A stretch of 64,000 nt of DNA from an uncultured delta proteobacterium (GTDB lineage Bacteria > Desulfobacterota > Binatia > Binatales > Binataceae), in the NCBI GenBank assembly GCA_963765675.1, contig CAVXXK010000006.1, forward strand, positions 448,001-512,000, written 5' to 3'. The translations under genes were made by a program, and so were the position numbers. Under the pieces are notes generated by a model that was given only the letters and a program-made list of their open reading frames with translations, did no database searches and had not been told where the DNA came from. Positions 50,329 through 59,481 of the stretch are shown here, piece after piece; the stretch's first letter is position 1, and each line of letters starts with the position of its first letter.

Positions 50329-51354
50329 TTACAGAAAGGCCTCCGCCGCTACCCGGCACGCGTTGGCATCGCCGCCGATGAGCAGCGTGGTCGCCTTGCT
50401 CTTTTTCCACGCCGCGGCGCGCTCGATGATCCGTTCGCGCGGTCCGACGAGCGAGAGCTCGTCGACCAATGCGTCGGGCACTGCGGCGACCGCCTCCTGA
50501 CGCTTGCCACCGAGGTACAAGTCCTGAATCTGATGCGCCGCGTCGGCCCATCCCTGTCTGCTCACATGGTCGGTATAGAAATTTTTGCCCTTCGCGCCCA
50601 TCCCGCCGACGTAGAGCGCGATTCCCGGCTTGAGCGCGTCGCGCGCCGCCTGCACGTCTTTGTTGACGGCGACGTTCAGCGAGACTGCGACGTCGAAGTT
50701 CTTCCATCCCTTGCCGTTGCCCGCTTTGCGGAAGCCAGCTTCGAGGTGCGGAACGAAAGTCTCGAGCCCCTTGGCCGTGGTCCAGACCGGGATAAAGCCG
50801 TCGGCGATCTCGGCCGCCGTCTCGACACCTTTGGGTGAGATGGTCGCGGTGTAGATCGGAATATCGGTGCGGCCGTGCAGGATCGAGCGCAGCGGCTTGC
50901 CGAACCCGGTCGAGCCGGGGCCCTTGTACGGCATCTGATAATACTCGCCCTGGAATTCGACCGGCTTCTCGCGCGCGAAGATCTGGCGCAGGATCGCGAT
51001 ATACTCGCGCGTACGCTTGAGCGGCTTGCCGAAGGCAAGCCCGTGCCATCCTTCGATCACCTGCGGCCCCGAGGGTCCCAAGCCAACGATTATCCTGCCG
51101 TTCGAGAGCTGATCGACCGTCATCGCCTGCATCGCGCACATCGCAGGCGTCCGCGCCGACATCTGCATGATCGCCGTGCCGAGTTTGATCTTGGTGGTTT
51201 GCGCGGCGATCCACGCAAGCGGCGTGATCGCATCGCTGCCCCACGCCTCGGCGGTCCACACCGAGTCGTAGCCGAGCGCCTCCGCTTCCTTGATTCTTTC
51301 GATATCGATTCGGATCTGCGGACCGAATCCTGCCGCCATCGTGCCGAGTTTCAT
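50329..51354 (-). CDS. LLM-class F420-dependent oxidoreductase
   Basis: GYDSVWTAEAWGSDA, LGTAIMQMSARTPA, GLGPSGPQVIEGWHG, ALYVGGMGAKGKNFY. Confidence 0.9.
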   Translation of the reverse strand: MKLGTMAAGFGPQIRIDIERIKEAEALGYDSVWTAEAWGSDAITPLAWIAAQTTKIKLGTAIMQMSARTPAMCAMQAMTVDQLSNGRIIVGLGPSGPQVIEGWHGLAFGKPLKRTREYIAILRQIFAREKPVEFQGEYYQMPYKGPGSTGFGKPLRSILHGRTDIPIYTATISPKGVETAAEIADGFIPVWTTAKGLETFVPHLEAGFRKAGNGKGWKNFDVAVSLNVAVNKDVQAARDALKPGIALYVGGMGAKGKNFYTDHVSRQGWADAAHQIQDLYLGGKRQEAVAAVPDALVDELSLVGPRERIIERAAAWKKSKATTLLIGGDANACRVAAEAFL

Positions 51355-51375
51355 GCTCGCTTTCTCCCTCGTCCT

Positions 51376-52560
51376 TTACGCGACTTCGAACAGGCCGGCC
51401 GCGCCCATGCCGCCGCCGACGCACATCGTGACTACCACGTTTTTGACTTTGCGCCGCTTGCCTTCGATCAGCGCATGCGCCGTCATCCGCGATCCGCTCA
51501 TCCCGTACGGATGCCCGATCGAGACAGCGCCGCCATTGACGTTGAGCAGCTCATTGGGGATGCCCAATTTGTCGCGGCAATAGATCACCTGGCAGGCGAA
51601 CGCCTCGTTGAGTTCCCACAGCCCGATATCGTCCATCTTGAGCCCGTTGCGCTCGAGCAGCTTCGGCACCGCGAACACTGGGCCGATACCCATCTCGTCG
51701 GGCTCGCATCCCGCGACTGCCATTCCGCGGTAGATTCCGAGCGGCTTGAGCCCGCGCTGCTCCGCAAGCTTGCGTTCCATCAGCACGCAGACCGAGGCGC
51801 CGTCGGAGAGCTGGCTCGCGTTGCCGGCGGTGATAAATCCTCCCGGACCCTTGACCGGAGGCAGCGCGGCGAGGCCCGCCAGCGTAGTGCCCGGACGATT
51901 ACATTCGTCGCGCTCGAGGGTGACTATCTGGCGCGAGCTCTCGTTGGTCTTCTTGTCTTCGAATTTCTTGGTCACCGTGGTCGCGATAATCTCGTCGTTG
52001 AACTTGCCCGCCTGCTGCGCCGCGAAGGTGCGCTCCTGGCTATGGAAGGAATATTCGTCCTGCGCCTCGCGCGAGATCTTGTAGCGCTTCGAGACGACCT
52101 CGGCGGTATCGATCATCGACATATAGACCGCGGGTGCGTTCTTCAGAACCAGCGGATCGCCCGAGCGATAATTGTTCATATGCGAATTTTGCACCAGGCT
52201 TATCGACTCGACTCCGCCCGCAACCACGATCTGCATCCCGTCGGCGATGATCTGCTTGGCGCCCATCGAGATGCTCATGAGTCCCGACGAGCACTGCCGA
52301 TCGACGCTCTGACCGGCAACGCTGACCGGAAGCCCCGCCGCGATCAGGCACTGGCGGGCGACGTTGAAACCCTGGGTGCCCTGCTGCAACGCACAGCCCA
52401 TGATAACGTCGTCGACTTCGCCCGGCTCGATGCGAGCGCGTTTGATTGCCTCGCGGATAATTGGCGCCGCCATCGAGGGCGACTCGATATCATTGAATGC
52501 GCCGCGATACGCCTTGCCGATAGGAGTGCGTGCGGTTGAAACGATTACAGCTTCTCTCAT
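51376..52560 (-). CDS. Acetyl-CoA C-acyltransferase (thiolase)
   Basis: [47 protein letters not shown]. Confidence 0.95.
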   Translation of the reverse strand: MREAVIVSTARTPIGKAYRGAFNDIESPSMAAPIIREAIKRARIEPGEVDDVIMGCALQQGTQGFNVARQCLIAAGLPVSVAGQSVDRQCSSGLMSISMGAKQIIADGMQIVVAGGVESISLVQNSHMNNYRSGDPLVLKNAPAVYMSMIDTAEVVSKRYKISREAQDEYSFHSQERTFAAQQAGKFNDEIIATTVTKKFEDKKTNESSRQIVTLERDECNRPGTTLAGLAALPPVKGPGGFITAGNASQLSDGASVCVLMERKLAEQRGLKPLGIYRGMAVAGCEPDEMGIGPVFAVPKLLERNGLKMDDIGLWELNEAFACQVIYCRDKLGIPNELLNVNGGAVSIGHPYGMSGSRMTAHALIEGKRRKVKNVVVTMCVGGGMGAAGLFEVA

Positions 52561-52735
52561 TGGAGGGCTCCTGACTTCCCGTGATTCATTTGCCGTCTAA
52601 GCGGCGGCGCGCGGGACCATCAATCATAATCTCGCCCCTAGCGGCCTTTGGCAACGGTCGCGAAGTCCTTTTGGGCGAGCGCATTATGTTCCGCGATTGA
52701 CCCCGCCGCCGGACTTCTCCTATGCGTTTATTATT

Positions 52736-52770
52736 CCCTCTCCTTGTCCAAGGAGAGGGTGAGGGAGAGG
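52736..52770. repeat. CCCTCTCC...GGAGAGGG palindromic REP-like unit
   Basis: CCCTCTCCTTG-TC-CAAGGAGAGGG-TGAGGGAGAGG; same family near 63154-63312 and 63805-63852. Confidence 0.7.
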
Positions 52771-52828
52771 TCATCCGCTTTGTCGCAACAACAATGATGA
52801 GACCCATTCCGCTGAAGGAGGTCCGTTC

Positions 52829-53284
52829 ATGCCGAAGAAGACCACCACAAAGAACAGCGAAGGAAATTTCGAGCCGTTCAATATCAACGATCTTCCATGG
52901 GAGCAGTTTCCCGGCTCGGACCGGTTCAAACGGCTCGGCAGATACGGCGGCGCCACGCACCTAGGCACCGGCATCGACGAACTCGGGCCGGGTCAATACT
53001 CAAATCAATTTCACTACCATCTGATGGAAGAGGAGCACATTTTCATCCTGAAAGGCTCGGCGACTTTGTACCTCGGCAACAGCTCCTACATTCTAAAGGA
53101 AGGCGACTATTGCTGCTTCCCAGCCGGCCAGCGAGCGGGCCATCATCTGTACAACCACACCGACGCAGACTGCACCTTCCTTACGATCGGCGAGAGCAAG
53201 CAGGACGAAGTTTGTTACTTCCCGAAATCAGGCAAAGTAAGGATCAGATCAACCGGCGACGTTTTGAAGGCACCGGAGAGCTGA
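52829..53284 (+). CDS. Cupin domain protein
   Basis: AGGAGG RBS; LGPGQYSNQFHYHLMEEEHIFILKG...FPAGQRAGHHLYN. Confidence 0.88.
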   Translation: MPKKTTTKNSEGNFEPFNINDLPWEQFPGSDRFKRLGRYGGATHLGTGIDELGPGQYSNQFHYHLMEEEHIFILKGSATLYLGNSSYILKEGDYCCFPAGQRAGHHLYNHTDADCTFLTIGESKQDEVCYFPKSGKVRIRSTGDVLKAPES

Positions 53285-53445
53285 ACTCCCAGTAGCAGCG
53301 CTTGGGGCCGTGCAAGACTAGTTAGAGACCAACCTAGCTGGATACATTCCGCTGCCAAGTGACCTGAGGTTTTTGCTTCCCCGTCATTTTGCGCCGCGGT
53401 CACTTATTCGCGCGGACATAACCCTACTTCCAATTGTTCCTCGGA

Positions 53446-54105
53446 TCATTCTGCGGGTTTCTTAAGTCGCCCCGCCTTCATCAGCACTTGCTCGACTTCA
53501 CTACGCAAGTCATAGAAATCCTCCAGGATTCTCTGAGTATAAAGGTGCGCAGCGTTGTACTCATCCTCGGTCACTTCCCGCCATTCGTCGTGCAAAACAT
53601 CATTTCCCAGGACTCGAATGTCTTCGTGGGCTCGTTTTTGGCGCGCGGAGGTGATCACCCCGTCCGCCGCCGCCTCATTGATGCGGGCGGCAAGCGTCCC
53701 TTTCGTGTAGCCATTCGCGATCAAGGTCTTTTCAAGAACCGAGCGAAGAAGCGCCGATGCCCCTCTCCACGCACCTATTGAGGAGCTGAGCTCTGCCTCG
53801 CGAAAATCCCCACACAAGTCGGGAGGTACGGTAGCTGGCAGAGTCGCGCGATCAATTGCCACGGGATAAAAGTCGATTAACATACCATCGATCTGTCTTC
53901 CAAGGGGATTGTAAATTGTAGCGAGTCCGCCGCGACCGCAACCTCCGCATCTCATCAAGACATAGAATTTTCTCTCGTCCGGGGCATCCTGCACGACGGT
54001 ACCGTATTCCCCTCGGCTTCCCCTGTACTCGAAGTTGGAGAGCGCCCCGCCGCATCCCGGGCAAACGGTTCGAACATTTCCAGCGATATATTTGGCTTCC
54101 GTCAT
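53446..54105 (-). CDS. Zn-ribbon plus DUF4145 (HEPN-like) domain protein
   Basis: CPGC...CGGC; EAELSSSIGAWRGASALLRSVLE...LAARIN...IRVLGNDVLH matches the DUF4145 RxxGNxxxH motif. Confidence 0.8.
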   Translation of the reverse strand: MTEAKYIAGNVRTVCPGCGGALSNFEYRGSRGEYGTVVQDAPDERKFYVLMRCGGCGRGGLATIYNPLGRQIDGMLIDFYPVAIDRATLPATVPPDLCGDFREAELSSSIGAWRGASALLRSVLEKTLIANGYTKGTLAARINEAAADGVITSARQKRAHEDIRVLGNDVLHDEWREVTEDEYNAAHLYTQRILEDFYDLRSEVEQVLMKAGRLKKPAE

Positions 54106-54109
54106 GCTC

Positions 54110-55021
54110 TCACGATAAGCGCCCGATCGCGGCACGAATCAGCGTTAGAGCCCCTTGCGTGATGAGAGAGGTCGCCGCCCCTTTTCCGGCGTCGCGAATC
54201 ATTCCGCCAGCAACTGTTAACGCGCGCTTGACCTTGCCAGCATCAGGTGTCGGGGCCTCTGCCTCGGTCTCGATCACTTCGATCTCGCGCGCCAACCGAC
54301 GACGTTCGGCTGCCGGAACCAACGCATCGAGGTTTTCACGGAGCTGCGCCGCAAGACCCACCAATGCCTTCGGATCAATTCCTCCTGAGGCTCGCTGATT
54401 GATGATGACCCTTCCACCCTCAGTAACGTTACCGAGCACGTTCGATAAGTTCTGGACGCCACCGTGGAAATTGTACTCGACGTTCCGCGCCATCTCTCTA
54501 TCCTGTTTGGAGAAGCTAAGGCCCTCACCTACGACGCCCGCCTGTTCGAGTTCCACGCTCCACCGTAAGACTTCGTTTCGGACGTGGCTGGGGATCCCCG
54601 ACAATTCGCCCGTGTTGAGGAAGCACTTGACGTCAGCGCCAACCGCAGTGACGAGTTGCGCTTTGAGTTCCGGAGGCAGAATGAACTCCGCCTGACTCTC
54701 GGCTTTGGCTGTCCGCTCGATAACCCCTGCCGGATTAATTATTTGCCGTGGATCCAGCAGCTTTTTAACCTTCTTCACCTCTGACCAATGGATCGATTGC
54801 CACCCGTGGTATGGATTGTACGCGCGAAACTCGTTCTGAATGCGCCGGTACGCGGGAATTGCGTCAGACGGATCGTAGCCGTCGAGTTCCTTCTTAATCC
54901 ATGCCGAGAATTCCGTCAGCCTAAGCTTTTGGGCGGCGACCCAAGCTTTCCGAAGCAGATCCTCGATGGGAATGGAGGGGTCGAGTGCATGTTGTTGAAG
55001 CTCTTCTATAAGCGACGACAT
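54110..55021 (-). CDS. AbiTii-domain protein
   Basis: SLIEELQQHALDPSIPIEDLLRKAWVAAQKL...WIKKELDGY...IPAYRRI...NPYHGW...LEQAGVVGEGLSFSKQDR is a typical AbiTii N-domain. Confidence 0.82.
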   Translation of the reverse strand: MSSLIEELQQHALDPSIPIEDLLRKAWVAAQKLRLTEFSAWIKKELDGYDPSDAIPAYRRIQNEFRAYNPYHGWQSIHWSEVKKVKKLLDPRQIINPAGVIERTAKAESQAEFILPPELKAQLVTAVGADVKCFLNTGELSGIPSHVRNEVLRWSVELEQAGVVGEGLSFSKQDREMARNVEYNFHGGVQNLSNVLGNVTEGGRVIINQRASGGIDPKALVGLAAQLRENLDALVPAAERRRLAREIEVIETEAEAPTPDAGKVKRALTVAGGMIRDAGKGAATSLITQGALTLIRAAIGRLS

Positions 55022-55142
55022 CTGAATTGCGATCATAGCAGCCGCGCAGCAAATCCAGGAAGGTTACCGCGCGATGATTAATCGGACGATCGCGGCTTTC
55101 GACACGGTTTGCGGTGACCCGATACTGAAATCCGTCGGAAGA

Positions 55143-55219
55143 TGGCGCGCCCAGAGGGATTCGAACCCCCAACCCTCAGATCCGAAGTCTGATGCTCTGT
55201 CCAGTTGAGCTATGGGCGC
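55143..55219 (-). tRNA. tRNA-Arg(TCG)
   Basis: GCGCCCATAGCTCAACTGGACAGAGCATCAGACTTCGGATCTGAGGGTTGGGGGTTCGAATCCCTCTGGGCGCGCCA; anticodon loop CT-TCG-GA; encoded CCA. Confidence 0.95.
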
Positions 55220-55298
55220 CCTTCAATCGAGAAGAAGAATTTAGCATACCCGAGACCCCGCGCCAGACCGCATAGAACAGCACCTCGGTTGCGCGGCA

Positions 55299-56687
55299 AT
55301 GCGGAGTAATCGTATTGGTGCGAATCTGAACCGGCCTCAAAAAGGGGAAGTCGCACTGAGAACTCTCGAGAGATGGTTTCCGCTCGATCCGCCGATTACC
55401 GGGTTCCTGCGGGTCTTCGCCGTCGCCCTGGCGGCTCGGGTTCTTTATCTGCTGGTCTTCATCTGGATGCGCCCGAAGATTTGGGGAGCCACCGGATTCG
55501 ATTTCTGGGAGATGGGAAATATCGCGATCAATCTCGCTCAGGGACGCGGCTTCAGCTCGCCTTTCTTCGCCGGAAATCAGCCGACCGCCTGGATGTGCCC
55601 GCTCGTTCCCGCTTTGTGGGCCGCCGTGATGAAGCTGCTCGGCGAGGCTTCCGGGCGAACCTACCGGGTGCTGGTCGTATTGCAAATCGTTCCGAGCGCC
55701 CTATCCGTCTCCCTCTATTGGCTCGTTGCTCGTTACCTGACTCGCCGCGTGCCTGACCTTCCGTCATATACCGCGGCGCTCGTGGCAATCGTTTTCTGTT
55801 TCTGGCCGGAATCGCTGATGCGCTTTACTCTGATTTGGTATTTCGTCTGGCAGGAGCTGATCCTCGTCGCGCTGATTTGCGCGGGGCTATGGTGGTGCGA
55901 CGAGCCGAATATCTATTCCGGTTCGACGCTCGGCGCGCTCGGCGGAGTGATGGCGTTGATCAACGTCACGCCCTTGCCGATTTTCGCCGTGGCGCTCGTG
56001 ACTCCGCTTTTCGAGAACAAGTTTCGCCGCGCCACTATCATGCGAGCCGCGCTCGTTTCCGCAATCGTAGCGACGATTATCGTCGGTCCGTGGATCGTCC
56101 GGAATGCACTCAAGTTCGGACGCTTCGTTCCCATCCGCTCGAATGCGGCGTATGAACTGTTTCAAGGCAACAATCGCAATGGGTCGATCTGCCAGCAGAT
56201 AGATTCAGCGCATCCTACTCACGACCCGCACGAACTCGCGCTATACAAATCTCTCGGCGAGATTGGCTATGTGCGCTACTCGCGCGATCGAGCGTTCCAA
56301 TATATCGAAACGCATCCGTACGAGACGGCCCTGCGCATCGCAGAGCGGATCTACGTCGCCTGGTGTACTGATATCTTCGAGCAATGGCCGTGGCAGCCCG
56401 GCAAACCGTACTCAGGGCAGGGATTCGTCGTTACCAACGTCTCGCTTCTCTCCGCGCTCGTCCCGTTGTGCATCGTAGTCTTTGGTTTGGCGACCAGCCG
56501 CCTGAGCGGTCTGCCGCATCCGATACTCTTCGTGAGTATATTCGTGTTTCTGCCGCTGCCGCATTACTTCACGATGGCGAATGAGCAGTACCTACAAACG
56601 CTCCGCTCGTGGCTGGCGTTGATGGCTATAATAGTTCTGATCCGGACGCTCTCCGGAAGTGCGCCACCGGATCGATCGCTAACCTAA
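55299..56687 (+). CDS. GT-C (PMT/ArnT-like) membrane glycosyltransferase-like protein
   Basis: EMGNIAINLAQGRGFSSPF...PTAW..P, PWIVRN..KFGRFVPIRSN; polytopic; start uncertain. Confidence 0.72.
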   Translation: MRSNRIGANLNRPQKGEVALRTLERWFPLDPPITGFLRVFAVALAARVLYLLVFIWMRPKIWGATGFDFWEMGNIAINLAQGRGFSSPFFAGNQPTAWMCPLVPALWAAVMKLLGEASGRTYRVLVVLQIVPSALSVSLYWLVARYLTRRVPDLPSYTAALVAIVFCFWPESLMRFTLIWYFVWQELILVALICAGLWWCDEPNIYSGSTLGALGGVMALINVTPLPIFAVALVTPLFENKFRRATIMRAALVSAIVATIIVGPWIVRNALKFGRFVPIRSNAAYELFQGNNRNGSICQQIDSAHPTHDPHELALYKSLGEIGYVRYSRDRAFQYIETHPYETALRIAERIYVAWCTDIFEQWPWQPGKPYSGQGFVVTNVSLLSALVPLCIVVFGLATSRLSGLPHPILFVSIFVFLPLPHYFTMANEQYLQTLRSWLALMAIIVLIRTLSGSAPPDRSLT

Positions 56688-56693
56688 CAGCGC

Positions 56694-57707
56694 TCAATCT
56701 GAATCGGCGGCGTTTTGCGCGACCGCGGTCCAGGTCGAATCAGGATTGTACTCCGTCATCGCAGAGGCGATCGAGTCGGTATCGGCGCCCAGATCTTTCT
56801 GATAAATCTGGCCGTCCTGGTTGACGACAAACGTCATCACTCCGGTCACTCGGTAGCTGACTGGATATGCGACAACTGCAAATCCTCCGGTCATCTGGCC
56901 GTTAACGATATAGTCTTTGGCCCCGCCCGGGGCGTCCGCACCCTGGCGCGTCAGCAGCCGATAAATGTACCCGTGGAACGGGCGCTGGGTCCGCGCGGTC
57001 TGATGCGAATAACCCTCTGCCGCCGCCTCCGCGACCAACGGACCAAGCGGACTCTCCGGCTTCTGCCCTGCGCTGACCTGCCAGTACAGCCCGTTCTGGG
57101 TGCCCGGCGTACTGCTGAACTTCTGCGTATACTGATGAACTGAGCTGCCGTCGTGAGCTTTTGCATAGTAATCATGCTCGGCTTCGGCGATCGCCTTGCA
57201 GACTCTGATTACCTTCAGCTCATTCCAGCCGATATTGCGATATAGTATTTCTTCCTTGCCGTATGCGGTGTCGAAATACCATTGATCGCCGCTTTTCTTG
57301 AGAGGAATCGGCGTCGGCCAATTGTCCTCGCCGATATAAAGAAACACTCGTCCGTCGCCGGCGGTGGTGAACTGATGCGATTGATCGTAGCGCTTGATGA
57401 AGTTGGCGCGATTGGTTTTATCCGTGACCGAATCACCAGAGGTAATCAGCGACTGCGCGGATGAGCCCAGAATTGCGAGCACCTGCTGATCGCTGTCATT
57501 TTTCATCGCTCCGTCCAGAGCTGCAGCCGCGTCCTGCGGAGAGCTGAACATCTTCTGGCCAGGATCCTGTGCGAAGACCGCCCGGCACGGACTGAGCCCG
57601 ATCGCGAGACCGATCAACAGGAGTTTAAAAGCGAACCGCCCCACCGTGCGCTTTCGATTATCGTCTATTGCTTGAAGCATTGGTTTTATCCTGAAGTCGA
57701 AGAGCAC
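56694..57707 (-). CDS. DUF2950-family protein
   Basis: FSSPQDAA, WPTPIPL, GKEEILYRNIGWNEL, GLYW, SPLGPL, PFHGY, GGFAVVAYP..YRVTGVMTFVVNQDG; start may be 57680. Confidence 0.88.
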   Translation of the reverse strand: MLFDFRIKPMLQAIDDNRKRTVGRFAFKLLLIGLAIGLSPCRAVFAQDPGQKMFSSPQDAAAALDGAMKNDSDQQVLAILGSSAQSLITSGDSVTDKTNRANFIKRYDQSHQFTTAGDGRVFLYIGEDNWPTPIPLKKSGDQWYFDTAYGKEEILYRNIGWNELKVIRVCKAIAEAEHDYYAKAHDGSSVHQYTQKFSSTPGTQNGLYWQVSAGQKPESPLGPLVAEAAAEGYSHQTARTQRPFHGYIYRLLTRQGADAPGGAKDYIVNGQMTGGFAVVAYPVSYRVTGVMTFVVNQDGQIYQKDLGADTDSIASAMTEYNPDSTWTAVAQNAADSD

Positions 57708-57778
57708 CGTCGTACCCTATATCGGCACCCGCAATCTGACTACTCGATTGGCTATTCGCGATACTCTGGTAAATCTCG

Positions 57779-58204
57779 CTACTCTGGTATTTCCAACGAC
57801 GCGCAGCCATCAACGATGCTCGCCGCCGCCGTGTTCGCCACCGCGCCGTGTTCGCCACCGCCGCCGTGTGCAGCGCCACCACTGTGTCCTGCCGCCGCGT
57901 GTGAAACCGGCGCGCTGCGTCCGACCGGTGCGCCTCGGCCCCAGCTCGTCCTTCCGCGGCTGCTCGCGGCCCAGGTGTCGCGTCCTGGTGCGTAACCACC
58001 CCACGCACCCCGATAATATCCAGTCTCCGGATGCCCGCCCCATCCGCGATAGATATAATCCGGGTACGCTCCCGAATAACCAGAATAAACAGGATACCCG
58101 CCGCCTCCGTAATATCCTCCGTCGGATCCGAAACAGCCCGCGACGAGAATCGAGAAGAGAACGGCGCAAAGGAATCGAAGTGTACGACTTGCGAGGAATT
58201 TCAT
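57779..58204 (-). CDS. Gly/Tyr-rich lipoprotein (probable 3' frameshift; natural stop likely at 57810)
   Basis: Lipobox VAGC; GGYYGGGGYP...; GGGEH repeats. Confidence 0.7.
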   Translation of the reverse strand: MKFLASRTLRFLCAVLFSILVAGCFGSDGGYYGGGGYPVYSGYSGAYPDYIYRGWGGHPETGYYRGAWGGYAPGRDTWAASSRGRTSWGRGAPVGRSAPVSHAAAGHSGGAAHGGGGEHGAVANTAAASIVDGCASLEIPE

Positions 58205-58413
58205 ATTAGGCCGGCTTCAGAGGGAAATGCCCTTATTGATTTCCATCTGATCGATTCTCAGCCCCATCCGAACAATCGTCAAGGTGTTTTCTGAGCGCCA
58301 AAATCTCGAAAAGTAACAGAAGGAACATTCCCTATGGCGCCGGCTCACCTAGGAGTAGATAGCTTTTCCAGCCGGGAGAAGATCGCTGTGCGAAAAGTGC
58401 TCCGCGCGAGTAG

Positions 58414-59247
58414 TCAGTGAGGTTTTTCGGCTCTATCCAGATCGGCAGAGGGATCGCGTGTCAGATCGCTCTTCAGAAATTCCGTGCTCTCCGGCAGCGC
58501 GACCTGGAAGTTACCCTCGCGCTGAAGCTGGATCCGCGCGCCGTCCGCGACGCATCGCAGCAGATGCCCTCCGCGGCTGCGGTCGGCCGCGAGAAAGTGA
58601 AAGTGATACCCCGCGATGCTGAACGCCGCCGAATAAACCGGCGCCCAGAACCCGACGATCGTTCCGCTCACGTCGCTGAACTCGAACTCCGCCTGATGGC
58701 TCGTCGCTTCCGCAAGCGGTACGCCCTCCGCCGATTTGCATGCCGCGCGCACCTGCAGATGATCGAAATGCGCGTCGATCCGGATCGCATAGAAAAGGTT
58801 GTTCGACCCTCGATGCTGGTCGATCGCTTCGCACAGCGCCGGCAAGTCTGAGGTCCCCGCGATCGAGATCAGGTCGTCGGCGGCAAAGCGCGTCACGACG
58901 GCGAAGGGACTCTGCGCCGTGTCTTCCGCTATTCGAACCGAGCCGTCACTGCGGACCTGGTAAAATTTGCCGTCGAGCACGATCATCTCGCCGTCGAGAT
59001 GCTCGAACGTCCCAAGCCCGAGATCGCCATGCTCCCGCAGCGTCGCGACCGTGACCGCACCGTCGTAGATTCCCTGCACCAGCGCTCCCGAAGTAGAGAC
59101 CTGGAACAGCGTGCGATGCTCGACCTCGAGATGGCTCGCGAGGGCCGCATTGACGATATGCCTAATCGATTCTCCGGTCTCGTCGCGCCGTTTCTTAATC
59201 GCGCGCCACAGGCCTTCGGGCAAGTTGAGCTTTACTTCGTGATGCAT
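58414..59247 (-). CDS. budA: Alpha-acetolactate decarboxylase with an N-terminal RHH-like extension
   Basis: LFQVSTSGALVQGIYDG, HGDLGLGTF..LDGEM, GYHFHF...GGH Zn ligands. Confidence 0.9.
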   Translation of the reverse strand: MHHEVKLNLPEGLWRAIKKRRDETGESIRHIVNAALASHLEVEHRTLFQVSTSGALVQGIYDGAVTVATLREHGDLGLGTFEHLDGEMIVLDGKFYQVRSDGSVRIAEDTAQSPFAVVTRFAADDLISIAGTSDLPALCEAIDQHRGSNNLFYAIRIDAHFDHLQVRAACKSAEGVPLAEATSHQAEFEFSDVSGTIVGFWAPVYSAAFSIAGYHFHFLAADRSRGGHLLRCVADGARIQLQREGNFQVALPESTEFLKSDLTRDPSADLDRAEKPH

Positions 59248-59296
59248 CGTACCGATGCATATCACGAGAGCACGGAACGTAGGCATTCACAGAAGC

Positions 59297-59413
59297 AACC
59301 ACCAAGGCACCAAGGCGCCAAGGCAGTCACGAAGACACCAAGGCACCAAGAAAAACTTTTCTTCTTTGTGTCTTTGTGTCTTCGTGGCCGCCTGGTGCCT
59401 TGGTGTTTGGGTT
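59297..59413. repeat. Nested palindromic element of 8-bp CACNAAGR units
   Basis: Six direct CACCAAGG/CACGAAGA-like units followed by their reverse complements. Confidence 0.85.
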
Positions 59414-59435
59414 TTATAAGCTCGAAGCCACTGGT

Positions 59436-59479
59436 TTGACTCGTTTCTGGAATTATTCCAAAATGACTGACTGGTCAGT
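59436..59479 (+). promoter_or_regulatory. Putative sigma70 promoter and TetR operator
   Basis: TTGACT-17 nt-CAAAAT followed by the palindrome ACTGAC-TG-GTCAGT just before the tetR ATG. Confidence 0.65.
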
Positions 59480-59481
59480 AT

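Noticed and set aside
53285-53445. Possible att duplication of the tRNA-Arg(TCG) 3' end bounding the islet
   Set aside because: No copy of the tRNA 3' end and no integrase were found by eye, so the islet is not called a mobile element.
59297-59413. Possible CRISPR array
   Set aside because: 8-bp units with no unique spacers, arranged as a palindrome; no cas genes in the window.
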